64,000 bases of DNA, taken from Lepidodermella squamata. Its lineage: Eukaryota > Animalia > Gastrotricha. Shown in pieces: positions 41,551-54,552 of the stretch (positions are counted from its first letter, which is position 1; every line of letters starts with the position of its first letter). The notes under the pieces were generated by a model. It worked only from the letters and a program-made list of their open reading frames with translations. It did not search any database and was not told the origin of the DNA. A program made the translations under genes and the position numbers. The stretch is from NCBI GenBank assembly GCA_047495785.1, contig JBLDXI010000020.1:1302001-1366000 (forward strand), written 5' to 3'.

Positions 41551-41904
41551 CCATCAGGAGATTATTAACTTGCCACTTGCCATATTTTTGCTACACCCAA
41601 CTCGCCAGATTTTGGCATGTCATAGCCACAACACATACCTGAAAATTTCACCTCTGCCTTGTCAATAGCATGTTTTGACGGTTTGAAACCGCATCCAACT
41701 CTTGATAATGAACAAAATTACGCTGGTCACATGCCAGCAGTCAACAAATGAAACTCTTTTGCATTAAGGAAGATTTTTTATTTTCAAATGACGATTACGC
41801 GCAAAAGTGGCAGTGATAAAAAGCAGTTCATTGAATAAGAAGCTGAGAAAATTCAAATTAAATGATAATTGAGATAATTGTCATAGTAGAACCGGTAAAA
41901 TTGT

Positions 41905-44900
41905 TCAGTCATCACCGCTATCGCTCACAGCAACGCCTCGGCGCTTTCGGCCAGAGCTGCGCTTTTTTGGGGCTGGCGCTTCCTCTTCTTCCTCCTCCTC
42001 CTTTTCCTCCTGTTCATCAGCCTTAGCCAGGGCAGGTTCCGGCTCCTCCTCGTCATCGACCTCTTCGATAGGTCTTTCGTGCTTTTTACTACTGCCCTGA
42101 CCCGATCGCCGGTTCGAAGGGCCTGAATTTTCAGACTCAGCCCGCTGGCTTCGCGTGTCCTCCTCTTCCGACCTATTTTTCGTCTGCTTCGTTCGATGCG
42201 ACGACGAAACTACGGTCGAAGCCCGGTCATCGTCCGCATTTTCTTCTTCGTCAACAGTTTCTTGGCGATTCGTAACAGCCGCCAACATTTGCCGCTCGCG
42301 TTGGCGTTGTTGAGACTGTCGCATGTGAAATTCGAGTTCGCGATGCAGTTCCGGATCGTCAGCCAACGCATCGCCTAGCTCGGATTTGTACTCGGTGTAA
42401 GTTGAGACCAGCAAGTCGCAGACAGGGCCGAGAAGTGACGGCTTGACGCGTTCCATGAAAGCGCGAACTGAAATTACGGCCGGCAGGAGTTCTTTGATGA
42501 TGACGTGGCGCACGGCTTGCACGAGAATCGCCCTCTTAGCCTCAACGCGCTTCTCTGCGTTCTCGTCATCGACCGGCATGTCGTCCTCATCGTCGCCAAT
42601 ACCGCCACTGAAGAAAAGAAACAAATTCATATCGTAAATTCCCACTAATATATCAATAAAGAGATAACCAAACAATACTACAGGGTATCCCATAAATTGC
42701 GCAACCATATTTGACCGAAAATAAGTGAAAAGTGGGGTTTGGCGAAATTTTTGACATTGTGAGATTTTGATGCCACTTTCAAGATCTATTAACGAGGAGT
42801 CGAATCGTATGAAAAGGGGTTGATATTCATCAGGGTTGCTGAGAAAATGTGCTTCAAAGTTTAGCAGCGAAAAATGCTAATTTTGAAAAATGCGCGCTTA
42901 AAAAATCTAGTTTTTTATTGCATCAATTAAAAATAAGCCATGCAATATATTCTGATTCCATTTTTCTTATGCGCAGTCAAGATTTTTCGGGGCAATCTGA
43001 GGTGAGGAATCTTACTAGATATTCAAAAAATTTACTGGGATCAAGCTAGAGTCTCTAGGAAGACCTAAATCAGTAACACATTTCAGAGCAACTATGGGGT
43101 TTTCCGCGTTTTAAGGAGGATGGGAGCGTCCCAGAGATCTGAAATTTGAAAATTTAAAATCCTCAAGAAAAACTGAGTAAGAAAATATTGGAATCCAAGA
43201 ATCGTCTTTCTTCAAGTGAACACACTTCTTGCGATTTGCTGGAAAATACAGAATTCGCCAAACCCCACTTTTCACCTATTTTAATTCTGCAAATTTTTGA
43301 AGGAAATCGCGCTCATTTTATGAAATCAAACTTACCTTAATTGACAGAAAAAAAATTCCCCTAATAAAACTAGGTAAACCACGACGGTAATTTTGGTTTG
43401 GTAATTTTCGGTATTTTACCAGTTTGGACTAAATTTCTCCGAATTTTTTATCCCATTGACAAGTGGAATACTATTCTCGTGGCTTTTCGAATTTTTCTTC
43501 AAGATTTGTTGGTCAAGAGATACTAATTCGCCTATCATTTTAGAATTTCTGATCTCTTTTCTGTATATCTTCTTTATTCATGTTAATTATGGAGCACGCT
43601 GTTGGAATCAGTTACAAAATCATACCTGTTCGACAAGACCTTGGCGAATTTCATGCGGTCTTCACTTAGCACAAGGCATGCATCTCGGATAACAGCCTCG
43701 CCAGCCGGTTGATGCGCAACGTCGATTTCCTCCCTAACAGCCGCTAGCAACACGTTGTCAACCAACCGCCTCACCAAGCCCAACCGCTCTTCAACAGAAC
43801 CCATCGAATCAATCATGTATCGATAGATACCGAACCGTCGTTTCCGATTCGCATCACCCGAGAGACCGAGAATGACGGCCATCGTCGCCAATTGCTTCTC
43901 CTGCCTCGCGATTTGACTCTGCTGGCTCGACGGGGGCTGAGATTGCGATAGGGCTGTACCAATTTTTGCACCACCGACGTAGCCGTTGAAATAAATCATG
44001 GTTTCCACGAATTTTCGCAGGAAAAACTGCTTCTCCCGCGGTAGGACAATAGTTTCGAAATAACGAGTCGCCGCAGCTCGAATCGTCGCATCTTCATCGA
44101 TGACCGTAGTGACGAATCGGAAGAACAGAGCGTCGTGCCAACGGATGAAATTCCCGTCCAACAACCGGCCAATCGCCCCTAGAGCGTGGCGTCTCATTAA
44201 CGGCTGAGGGTCGCGAAGACACGATGCCATTTGATCGACATAGGGCTCAACGACACTCGTATGCCAAATGCACCAGTCGGTTAACACACTCAACGCAGCC
44301 ATTTTGACCAGGCTACTTTTATCACTCAGGGCTGAACTGACTACGCTGACTGAACGTAACGCTGATGTTCGATCTGCAACGCAAAGTTGGCCGATTGCGA
44401 ATAAACATTGCGATTTCACCATTTCATTAGTTTCAGAATCTTGAGCTAAATTTGTGATTTTCTGGAAAACTACATCAGTAATTTGGCTCAAACGGCCCTG
44501 GGATGATTTCGAATTCGTAGTACCAATCGCCAGCTCGCCTAAACAGCCCAATGCACTCAAGCAACGACGCATTTTCTCGTCACTCGGCTTCGTCTTGTGA
44601 TTACCCAATAGGAAATCCGTTAAGGTGGACACAACTTTTTGCACATTTTGCGGCGATAGTAGGAACAGAACTGTACCAGCCGCGCGTATTAAGGCGGCTG
44701 GAATCGTGCATTTCGATAAACGCTGGCTCAAATCTTCTGTCAAATCGTCGCGGACTTTTTTCAAGGTGGCTGGAGCGTGGGCGACTTGAGCTGCTAGCAC
44801 GCCGAGAATGCATTCCATAGTCGTTAGGGCGAGGTGAGCCGTGTTCTCAGCGTCCTTCTTAATGACTGACAGCCAAACATTACCTGGCGATAACCGGTCT

Positions 44901-47121
44901 AGGATGGCTACAGTCTTCTGCGATTCTGAGACCGTGCCAAATGCGGCGGTAACTTCACCCACCAGGAACCACGCCGCGGCTTTGTATCGGTTATTTTCTG
45001 ATTCGATAGTCTCAGCAGCGGCTTTTAAGGCGGCGTTCAACTTCGGAATCGTCCCTGCTGCTTTTGCCTTAATGTACGCGGTGAGGCCCGTGCGAAAATG
45101 GCCGGAGAATGAGCGAGCTTTCATGGCTAGAAGATTGAGCAGCGACCAGCTTAATTGCTGATCCTGAGCCATTTTCTCACCGGCCTTCGACGTTGGAATC
45201 GCGATTTGGGACATTAACTCAACGACCTTTTCTTGAATTCGTTGCTCCTGGTCGGCGATTAACGGAAGAACAGAACTCAGCCAGATTCGACCCAACCAAC
45301 CGATATCGTCACTAGCTAGCAGATTACTCGGGATGGTAGCCAGAGTTTTAATCAGCACTTCAGTTGTCGTTTTTGCAGCTTGATTACGCACCAATACCGA
45401 GCAATCAACGCAGCGTTGTGCGCAGGTTTCGAATCCGCGTCGGAAAACGACGGCTACATCAGAGCCGGGGCCGGTTTTAGCGACAAAATTGCACGACGGG
45501 GCGATCATTGGCAGGGCGGCTTCGAGCAGAAACAGAGCAGTTCGGCGGACGTGAACGCGCGAGTCATCGGCTAGGCGAATAGCGGTGGTTAGAACAGCGA
45601 TTTCGATCTCGATTTGTGGAACAGTAGGCGCTTCATCCGAAGATCGGGAATCATTATCTAAAACACATACCACAATGTTTCAACTTATTTGAGCTATTCA
45701 AGAGAGAATGATAGTTTGAATTTTGAGAACATTTTTAATGTTTGAGGTGTTCGAGAATAATGGAGGATGTTTTACCTGTAATCATATCGTTTGATTTCGA
45801 AGTAGCATTCGTTTGTGATTTCGACTGGCTCAATGATGTTAAGCAATCTCCAAGCAAGGCCAACGCTCGAATCCGCACGTTGCTCGACGAATCTTGAGTT
45901 CGAGATAGAAAATGGCGAATGATCATGTTCAACGTCCCTTCAGATGGGCTCAGTGATCGAAGACCATGCAACAGCTCAATCGCAACAACCCGACTGCCCG
46001 TTCGAGCTGATTTTCCGTAACCAACCGCCCAGTTAACTAAAGCTTCCAATTCCTGCGGTTGTGAAGTGAGGCATCTCGCCAGACGAATCGAAACTTTAAC
46101 GACTCGATCTCGATAGTCGGCTTTTTCGGGCGCTCGGTCGATTAGTTGCTGAATTACATTAGACAACTCGACTTTGACATGCAAATCTGAGCAGAGATGG
46201 GCGAGAAAATCGGCGAGTAGATCGCTTTGCCTAGCGACTTGAGCGACGATAGACGGCAACGCAGCTCCACGTTTACCTGGCTCGTCTACGCATAGCAGGA
46301 GGGGGATGAAAGCGACAAAAATCGCTCCGGCTGCGTCTTCACTTGTCACATAGCGTCGGGTCATTTCCGATATACAATACAAAGCAACGCAGCCGTGGCT
46401 TAACTGGGTGATATCAGTCTCCTTTAGCGTCAAAACACCGACTGAATTTGATGCAGCGTATTCAGGTAGTTCGGACACATCTGAGAAGGCGATACGAGCT
46501 AAAACTTCGGCGGTAACTTTGATGCATTCGACATCTTCGATGCCAGTTTCATTTATGAAATTTGGAAAGCATCGGAGTGTGTTGAGCAAAAATTTTCCAA
46601 CATTAGCCGGGCTAGTGGCGAGGTTAGCGTTGATGGCTTTCACGTCTTCCAACAGGATCAGGTACAAATGTTTCTGAAAAACGGAAAATCCGACTCCGAG
46701 TTGCTTTGAAAGAGGGGCAATTCGCAGATACAATGACGCAGCTGATAAAATGACTGGAAGAGTGTTCTTCCCAGGTGACTTCATTGAGATTTTCATAAAA
46801 GCTCCAAGAAAACTGAGCAGTTTCCGCATAATGGCAGCTGATTTCTCGCGGTTCTTCTCCACACCTTCGATGACAATTTTTGCCAGATGGTCGTCATCAA
46901 CAAGACGGCGCAAAATAGGTAGTGCTTCATCCGCAAATTTACCAATATTGGTCACCTCGGTGTGATAGGAATCATAATCTGCGTAGCCCGATCGCCACAT
47001 CTTTTCCGAGAAATCTGAAATTCACAAAGAAAAAAATGATGTAGCTCAGCATTCCGAAAATCAACCAACCATTTGAGATTAAACGTTCCGTCAGCTTGAG
47101 CAAAGCTTCAAACCCCTCCAT
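41905..47121 (-). CDS. NCAPD3: Condensin-2 complex subunit D3
   Basis: HEAT-repeat protein with EKADYR and Cnd1 region CLRDPQPLMRRH..FIRWHDALFFRFVTTVIDED..FVETMIYFNGY; last exon ELGDALADDPELHRELEF; 4 exons. Confidence 0.9.
42679..43282. mobile_element. Degenerate Tc1/mariner-like MITE in the last NCAPD3 intron
   Basis: TA-CAGGGTATCCC left end; 29-bp inverted repeat at 42718-42746 and 43254-43282 (28/29 match); the matching right terminus was not found. Confidence 0.6.
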
Positions 47122-47371
47122 TTAAAAAAGACACTACAAAATTTAATGAAATTAGTTTTTATTCGCAATGTGTCTTCGCGATATCGGAGTTCAATTTACA
47201 ATCTGCGACAGCCATTATTTCAGTCATAGAGAGAACAAATTGATGGTGAAAAACGTTTCGTTAACAAATCTAGGACTTGTCAAGACACAGGGAGATGAGG
47301 AAGGAGACTGGAATATGTATTTTGATAGTCAATACATAGCAATTAAAATGTGATGTCCATTCCCAGTAACT

Positions 47372-47647
47372 TCAGACAAACGCATTGGCCCATTCGCTGA
47401 GAGAACTGGAACAGTCTGATGCTTGTTTCGCATTTGCTCCAATTTCTTCTTTAAGCCACAAAATCAAAGACTCCTCGTTACGGTTGAGAAGTAAGAACTG
47501 GCCAAGTACATGGAATGCGTACTCGTAACCCGCTTCTCGGAGGCGAGCACCCAGAACATTTCCGATGCCAGGAAGATCGGCAACAGTCTTCTGCCCCATG
47601 GGCTCACCAACGAAATTCCGATGCTTTTGCGATGTGGATGTAGACAT
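47372..47647 (-). CDS. BANF1: Barrier-to-autointegration factor
   Basis: MSTSTSQKHRNFVGEPMGQKTVADLPGIG..AFHVLGQFLLL..WLKE..GANAKQ..C..LSEWANAF; single exon. Confidence 0.96.
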   Translation of the reverse strand: MSTSTSQKHRNFVGEPMGQKTVADLPGIGNVLGARLREAGYEYAFHVLGQFLLLNRNEESLILWLKEEIGANAKQASDCSSSLSEWANAFV

Positions 47648-48141
47648 TTTGTAATTCAAATAAATGAAATGATCAAATCAATAGGTCTATAAAGATCAGA
47701 AAAAAGATCGGATCAGCATTCAGCAAGATATACCTCTTATTCAATGTTCAGCCAGTTTTATGTTACGACAGGTGACAGGTGTATGCAGCCCTTGAGGCTT
47801 CAAGGAGGGATCACAGATGTAATAAGTAATATGGTAAAAGTTCAAAATCAAACTCGCATGTAGTAGCTAACGGCTAAAAGATAAGATAAAGGGAAAAGAC
47901 ACTGAAATATCAATCTACGGATTTGAGCCAGAAGCGGAGAAAAGAGAAAAGGGATACATCGGGGAATGAGCGTTTTGGTTGACCTTGAAAATTCGCTCTT
48001 CTGCAACCCCAGCTGCTTCCCCCAGAAGATGAGACCTGCAGCACTCACGAGGCTCCCGCAAGGCTAAGCTTGATGAATCATTTGTTCGAAAGAGGAAGCC
48101 GCCGCTATACCCACTCTACCCTACCAGCGTAAAAAAAAACA

Positions 48142-48266
48142 TTTTGCGCGCCAAATTAGCTTAATAATAAACATGTTTACCGAACCTTTTTAAAACAACT
48201 ATTATATATAGTTGTGATAAAATTAACAATATCGTTCAAGGTGTTTTACTGTGCGGGAATTTTGAA
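48142..48266. promoter_or_regulatory. Candidate E2F and CDE/CHR (DREAM) elements in the BANF1/NCAPD3-WDHD1 divergent region
   Basis: TTTTGCGCGCCAAA at 48142-48155; TGCGG-gaat-TTTGAA at 48252-48266; both lie between cell-cycle genes. Short motifs, so chance matches are possible. Confidence 0.4.
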
Positions 48267-48298
48267 ATTGCGTTAAAAACAGCTGATTCTCGGTTTTC

Positions 48299-48938
48299 GC
48301 CGTTTCAGATTCCAGACGCTATGAAATGCTTCCCAAGCAATTGCTTCCAAAGCAACTGCTTCCCAATCACTGCTCTAGAAGCAAAGTGCTTCCCAAGCAG
48401 GTAAATAAACATGGCGTAACAATCACTGCTTCAGAAGCAGTTGCTTCCAAAGCAAATGCTTCCCAAGCAGAGTTTCGCGATTTTTCACCGATGTGCCACA
48501 AAAGTAATAAGTAATAGGAAATCGCAAGTTAAGCCGAAAATTGGATTGTTAAATTCCGAGCTAATGCTTCTCGGTCAAACTCATCTTTCGTCCTGGGTCC
48601 TAGCCGCCCTCCATTCAGATGTGAAATAAAACAAATTTTTCATTAGCTTTTTATGTTACCATTGAATTCTTTGATCGATCGGTTGATTGATCATGCAACG
48701 GATCCTTGCTCTGAGTGGCCTACAACCCGCGGTAACAGGGCTAAATAGTGAATTTCCTAAAAATTCAGCTTGCTTGAAAAGTAGTGCTTCCCAATCAATT
48801 GCTTAGGAATCAGTTGCTTGGGAAGCAGTTGATTGGGAAGCAATTGCTTGGGAAGCAGTGCTCTGTAAGCGTGCTGCTTGGGAAGCAGTTGCTTTGGAAG
48901 CAATTGCTTGGGAAGCATTTCATAGCGTCTGGAACGGC
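48299..48938. mobile_element. Foldback-type non-autonomous DNA transposon with 15-bp subterminal tandem repeats
   Basis: Perfect 57-bp inverted repeat at 48310-48366 and 48878-48934; ends GCCGTT..AACGGC; 8-bp TSD cggttttc at 48291-48298 and 48939-48946; unit about TGCTTCCCAAGCAA(T/C). Confidence 0.88.
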
Positions 48939-49586
48939 CGGTTTTCAACTGACTATTGCGACTATTGCGACTCCTCAACTATTTTATGGTTCCTGTTTCA
49001 TTGACCCAGGTGCTAAGGGATGCGCCCCAGGCAATAAACTCAAATGATCTCTATCGCAGTGTAATGCAGTTTGCAGTTTTCTGGAGACTTCCACTAACCA
49101 CTAGGTATTTGTGTTACTTATACTTAAGGAAGCCAACTGCTAGCTACAGGTTGTTTTAGCATATCAGGAGTTTTACGGCAGTTTCAGTTGTCTGACCAAT
49201 AATTGGCACGCGATGCCTCCGATCAGTGGAACAATCGCTTCAGTTTTTTCGGCGCAAGTTCATAGATTGTCCGCTGTGAAGCTAAAAAAGGGAGATTTTG
49301 CGTGTACTTGGTGGACTAAATAACTTGATTTCCCAAACGAGTTTTCTGAAACGACGTAGCTCCGTAGAAAACAGCGATGGTCGTTTCAATGAAATAGTTT
49401 GGCAATATGCATGAAGCCCCTTGTGTCTTTCGATGTGTTCGTCTTACATTTTGATGTGCAAAGCTGTTTATGGACGAGGCTGCAAATTACTTGAGTTTTT
49501 AAATAATCATTTGGGCTGCTTAGTTTCATATTTACATATTTACCGTGTAGAAATTACTAGGAGTTGATTTATCAGTGTTCGGAAAA

Positions 49587-52500
49587 ATGCCCCTCGAGCA
49601 TAACCTGAAAGCTGATGGACTTCGCTTTGCCCATAGTGATGGATATACGGATTTGTGCTTTTCGAAGGCTACAGGTAGGCTGGTTACTGCCGGAGACGAT
49701 GGTTATGCCTGTATATGGACCGACGGTGTTACGGAGGATAGCCAAATGATGCACCAGTTGGGTGATTCCGTTTCTTGCATCTCGCTGGCTGAGGTAAATT
49801 TTACCGTAAATACTGTTTGTAACTTCTAACGCAATGCTTTTTCGTAGGACGCCTTGCACGCTGTAATTGCTGGCAGCACATTATCCGAATTTGACTTCCC
49901 GAGTTGCTCCTTCAAACGTATATGTTTGAAGTTGTCCGATCAAATAACACATTTCGCCTCAAATAAGGCATGCACGACGCTTGCCGTTGGATCTTCGTTA
50001 GTTTTTCCATATCAACCTGGTTAAATGTTATCGTAACGTGCTTTTAGTGACTTCAAAATCCGTTTGCTTGATCGTGAGTCGCTAGCTGTACCGTTGAGCC
50101 TCAGCGAACATCAGGCCCCGGTGTTGAGTGTTGCTTTCTCAACAGGATCTGAAGAGCTACTGGTTCGCATCCTCTAACAAAATCCAATTCATACTCTTGA
50201 ATTATCATTCACAGGCATCTTCATCTTGTGATTCAACTGTTCGCCTTTGGTCGGCAAAGGATGGTAAATGTATCAGCACATTCGGACGCGTTCTGCCAAA
50301 GTCAAACGATGTCGCCAATAGCCATACTGTATGCAGATTACAATTTTCGAACGATTCTCAGGCAAGCTCCACTTGGGATTATGAACAATTATTTTTATTT
50401 TTTCTACTATATGCAGAAGCTTTACGTGCCCACTGAAGGGGAAATAAAGGTCTACGATGTGCGAAACTGGCATAAGCCGTGCGACAAAATCGATCTACCG
50501 AAAAAGACGCTTGTTTCATCAAGTGTGCGCTTCTCAAGCAGCGGTAACTATTTCGCGGCGATCTGCAAAGAAGTGCTAGCAGTTTATTCACTTTCTAAAT
50601 CCCAATGGGTCGCTCGACTTACTCATCAGCGCCCGTTATGTGCTGTCGCCTGGAACCCTGTTACCGCGAACCGCCTAGCTTTCACTGATAACCGTGGTCA
50701 GTTGGGGTTTGTCACCGTTCCAATGGATGAGAAAGGCTCGAATAGCGCGAAACCAGTTTCAAGCGACATTGAAATGGCGGAGGATGATGACGCTGCGTTG
50801 ATGGCAGTCGCTGCCGAGCTGTGCGAGGATGACTTGTCGAAATCGGGCAGCGAAAAAGCTGATATGGATGTGTCAGTTAAAGAACACGAAAATCTTAAAT
50901 TATCCGACGATGAAGACGAACCAGTTACCAAAATAACAAAACCGCAGAAATCGAAGCAAGAAAGCAAAAAGGATCTGCTGAAAAAATTCGCGAAAAATGA
51001 CGACGAGGACGAGTCAAATTCAGCACCACTAAAACTGGACGATGATAACGATAGTTTGGGTGACGATGATAAAATCACGGATTTAGGCCGTATTCGCAGC
51101 GAGTTTAAAGAGTTTTTCGACGACGAAGACGAGGATGATGACGAAGATGATGATAACGCAAAAGAAAAAGACGCTAAAATGTCGACTCCTTCGAAAAAAG
51201 CCGCACCCGGGCCTTCAGCGCCAACAGGTCCAACCGTCGTTCAATCGAAACCCGTCGATTCACATTTGCAACCAGCATTTCAGGTGCACTCGACACCGGC
51301 GGGTCGAGGCGGGCAAAATTCGCGTTTTCTCGTCTGGAACCAACTCGGAGTAGTTCGTCTGTACGAATCTGAGGCTGAAAATTCGGTTGAAGTCGAGTTT
51401 CATGACACGTCAATCCACCCGCCGATCTCCTTGAGTAGCTCTGACGAATTCACCCTTGCCGCCTTAACTGCCGATGTTTTGGTGCTTTGCACAACATCTG
51501 GTGAGTCTAGTGATGAAGATGATTCAGGTCAGAAATGCCGGTTGAGGGTTCTGACCCTTTCTGCCTGGGACTCGAGCCGCGAGTGGCTACTTGACCTACC
51601 TTCGGGTGAACTTTGCGTATCAGTCGCTGTTGGATCTCGCTGGATTGCTGTTGTTACAAACACTAACTTTGTCAGATTATTTTCACTGGCCGGTTTTCAA
51701 TTGGGAATTATCTCGATCCCAGGAACCCCGGTCACCTCAGCTGGTTCCGGTGAACAATTAGCTGTGGTCTACCACAACGGAATCGGTGCTAATCAGTCGC
51801 AAAATTTGGGATTTGAGTTGTACAAAATTACGCAATCGCCAAAGTTAGTTTCGAGCGGAAATTTGCCGATTACCCCGAAATCTACGTTGAATTGGCTCGG
51901 TTTCGGCCAAGATTACGGCACACTGTTAGCCGCTGATACGACTTCGATTCTGCGTGCTCTTACCCTGCCAAATCGAAGCTGGACTCCGGTTGCTAACATG
52001 CGAAAATGCGGTCAAATCAAATCACGAGCTGATCATTGTAAGTTGCGGTAAAAAAAGTTTAAGGTCGATAATTATTTTTTCATCAGACTGGATGGTTGGT
52101 GTTTCTGAAAAGCAACAGCAAGTATTTGCCATCTTTTGTAAAGCTGGACACTACCCCGCTGTTCTTCCTCGTCCGATTCTGTCCACCGTGCCTCTTGGCG
52201 TTCCGGTTTGCGATGCCGGAACTGACGGCGGGAAATTGGCCGATGAAGCCATGCGACTTCGAGTTTTCAGCCAAGCCGCTCATCAAGAGGAGTCCGATTT
52301 GAAATTGCAAGAAACTTTGATGCGACTTTATGCTGTCAGTTTTTTCCTTTTTCACACTGTCTTCTAAATTTACGCATTTTTAATTGAAATTAAAAAATTG
52401 TAATTCTTCAAGCAAAATTAAGCTTTTTTTTAATTAGATTGCCGTGAAGCAAGACAGGCAGTGTCGGGCTGCTGAAATAGCCGAATCTATGCCGACACCA

Positions 52501-54159
52501 GTTGCTATTCAACTGGCGGCCAAATACGCAGCTCGTTTGCGTCTCGGCCACCTCGCCGATATGCTCAACGAGTTGGCGGTGAAGCGGCAACAGGAGATTG
52601 AACAACCAGCGGCTGTTGAAGAAGATCCATTCCTCACCTCGTCGGATTACAATTACTCAGCGCCTTCAACTTCGCTGTATTCTGCTTCAACAAAGGAAGA
52701 TCGTCAGACGCTGCCGGTTTTAGCCACACCGCCTGTTGTCACGCTGGTTAAACGGCCGATTGGAGGCACGCCGCAGGCTTCAAGCGGACTGGTCAACGAT
52801 TTTGCGCCGAAAGCAAGTGTTATTGAACCAACGAAACCTTCGAGAGTGGAACAATCTGAAGACGAAGATGAGGATAACGAAGACGATCAGGACGAAGAAG
52901 TTGAAGAGGTTGATGACGACGAACCGAAAGAACCTGAGCCTATTTCGCGTAATCCATTTGCGAAAAATCCTGCTTCTCGCGGCAATCCATTCAAGGTAAT
53001 TTTATTTCTATGACTATTCGTAGGAGGGTCAATCCTATCAGCTATAATCCGATAAGGTCTTATCTCATCTAAACTGGGCCATTCAAATCAGTCTGGGTTA
53101 GACCGAGCCCGGATCAGCCCATCAACTGAACAGCTCAATTTTCAGTTCTTATTTCAAGCCACAGAAAATGGTCCGTATTACAATAAGTCTGGGTTAGACA
53201 ACTTTCACTGTATGTTAAACTACCGGGTTGAAATTCGCTGGGTCATGTAAGTAACCATCTGCGAATTTGAATTTGTGTCTAAGGTATGTATCCCGACCTG
53301 CGAACGAGTTCATTCAGGGTGCTCATGCGAAAGCTGCGCCCTTTTCAAAGCAAAAAAAAAATGATTCTTATCACAAAATTTTACTTATGAATTGAAAATT
53401 TACTATCCATAAATTGAAATGGCAAGGTTTATCTAGTTATTGTTTGCTGTATTCCCCGAAACGAGAGCACGGCGTTTTATTTTATTCGAATGGCTGGAAC
53501 CCCTCTAACTCTCATCTGCCTATTATTTCGAACGGCCTACTATTGCTAATCATTGCATATTCTGGGGCTAAAGTTTACGAATACGACGAATTTTCCCCGA
53601 ATAAGATTAACATGGAGGACTATGGACAGCGGTTGCACAAAGACACTTAGTTGCACCCGAGTAGGGTGCAAATAGCCACTTTCTTATACATTTATTGTAG
53701 TGAATAGAACCTGACCCTTAATCTCATTTTTATCTTGAACCTACTTTTTTGCAGAGCCGCCAATCGACAGAAGCTACGGGCAGGCCTTCGATCGGTTCAT
53801 CGGGCGATGCTCTCTCCTGCTTCGAAAAAGTCGAAAGTCGACCAAAAGCTCAAGCCTCAAAAGAATCAGCCACTAAGGAAACCGGGCGTAAGAAGAAAGC
53901 TGACAGTTCATCGAAAGAGGAAGGCCAGGCTTCGGCTAAAAAGAAGCGAACTGCCACTAAGCGTAAGAGTGAAGCGGCGCCTGCTGACGACGAAGAGCGG
54001 TCGAGCTCCAAAAGTTCGGCGAAAAACGACGGTGAAGACTCGAATGGATCTGCTCAAACTGAGGAGAATAAAAAGGAGGAAAAATCTGCCAAAAAAGCTG
54101 CTACGAATCCAACTACAGTTCGAAAACTGACCGATTTCATGTTCTCAAAGAACAACTAA
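49587..54159 (+). CDS. WDHD1: WD repeat and HMG-box DNA-binding protein 1 (AND-1/Ctf4)
   Basis: LRFAHSDGYTDLCF..LVTAGDDG; SepB-like QPAFQVHSTP..RFLVWNQLGVV..VEVEFHDTS; YPAVLPRP; RNPF motifs; C-terminal KLTDFMF. Confidence 0.92.
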
Positions 54160-54552
54160 TTTTTTTTCATTCGAATTTTATCTTTTGCCGTAGTCTCAAT
54201 TCTGCCCGGTCGTTTCGATTTTTGAATTTCTCGTTCATCCGGTTACCACGTGATATCATTGATTGTAAATTTGAAATGATAAATTGATGAATAAAGTTCC
54301 AATTTCTAAGGTGTTTGATTCTATTCCGCTGTTACCTTCACCCAGAGAATATCAGAACTATTACAATATTATTCAGTTCCGAAATAATCTGATAAGCATT
54401 TTAACCGATTTTGAATGCTAAAAAGAAATAAAGACTCGTCTTTTTTCATTTTTATCGTTTACTTATGACTCATCATTTGAAGTCCCAATGAGCAGAAATC
54501 ATTTGACGGAATGGAAAAATAAAATGGCTCTCTAATGAAAGAAAGAGGCTCT

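Noticed and set aside
48310-48934. CRISPR-like appearance of short palindromic repeats (also 60629-60690)
   Set aside because: No unique spacers, no cas genes, eukaryotic context; the repeats sit within transposon arms.
48326-49047. ORFs with LLPKQ / LLGKQ repeats
   Set aside because: They are translations of the 15-bp tandem repeats of the foldback element.
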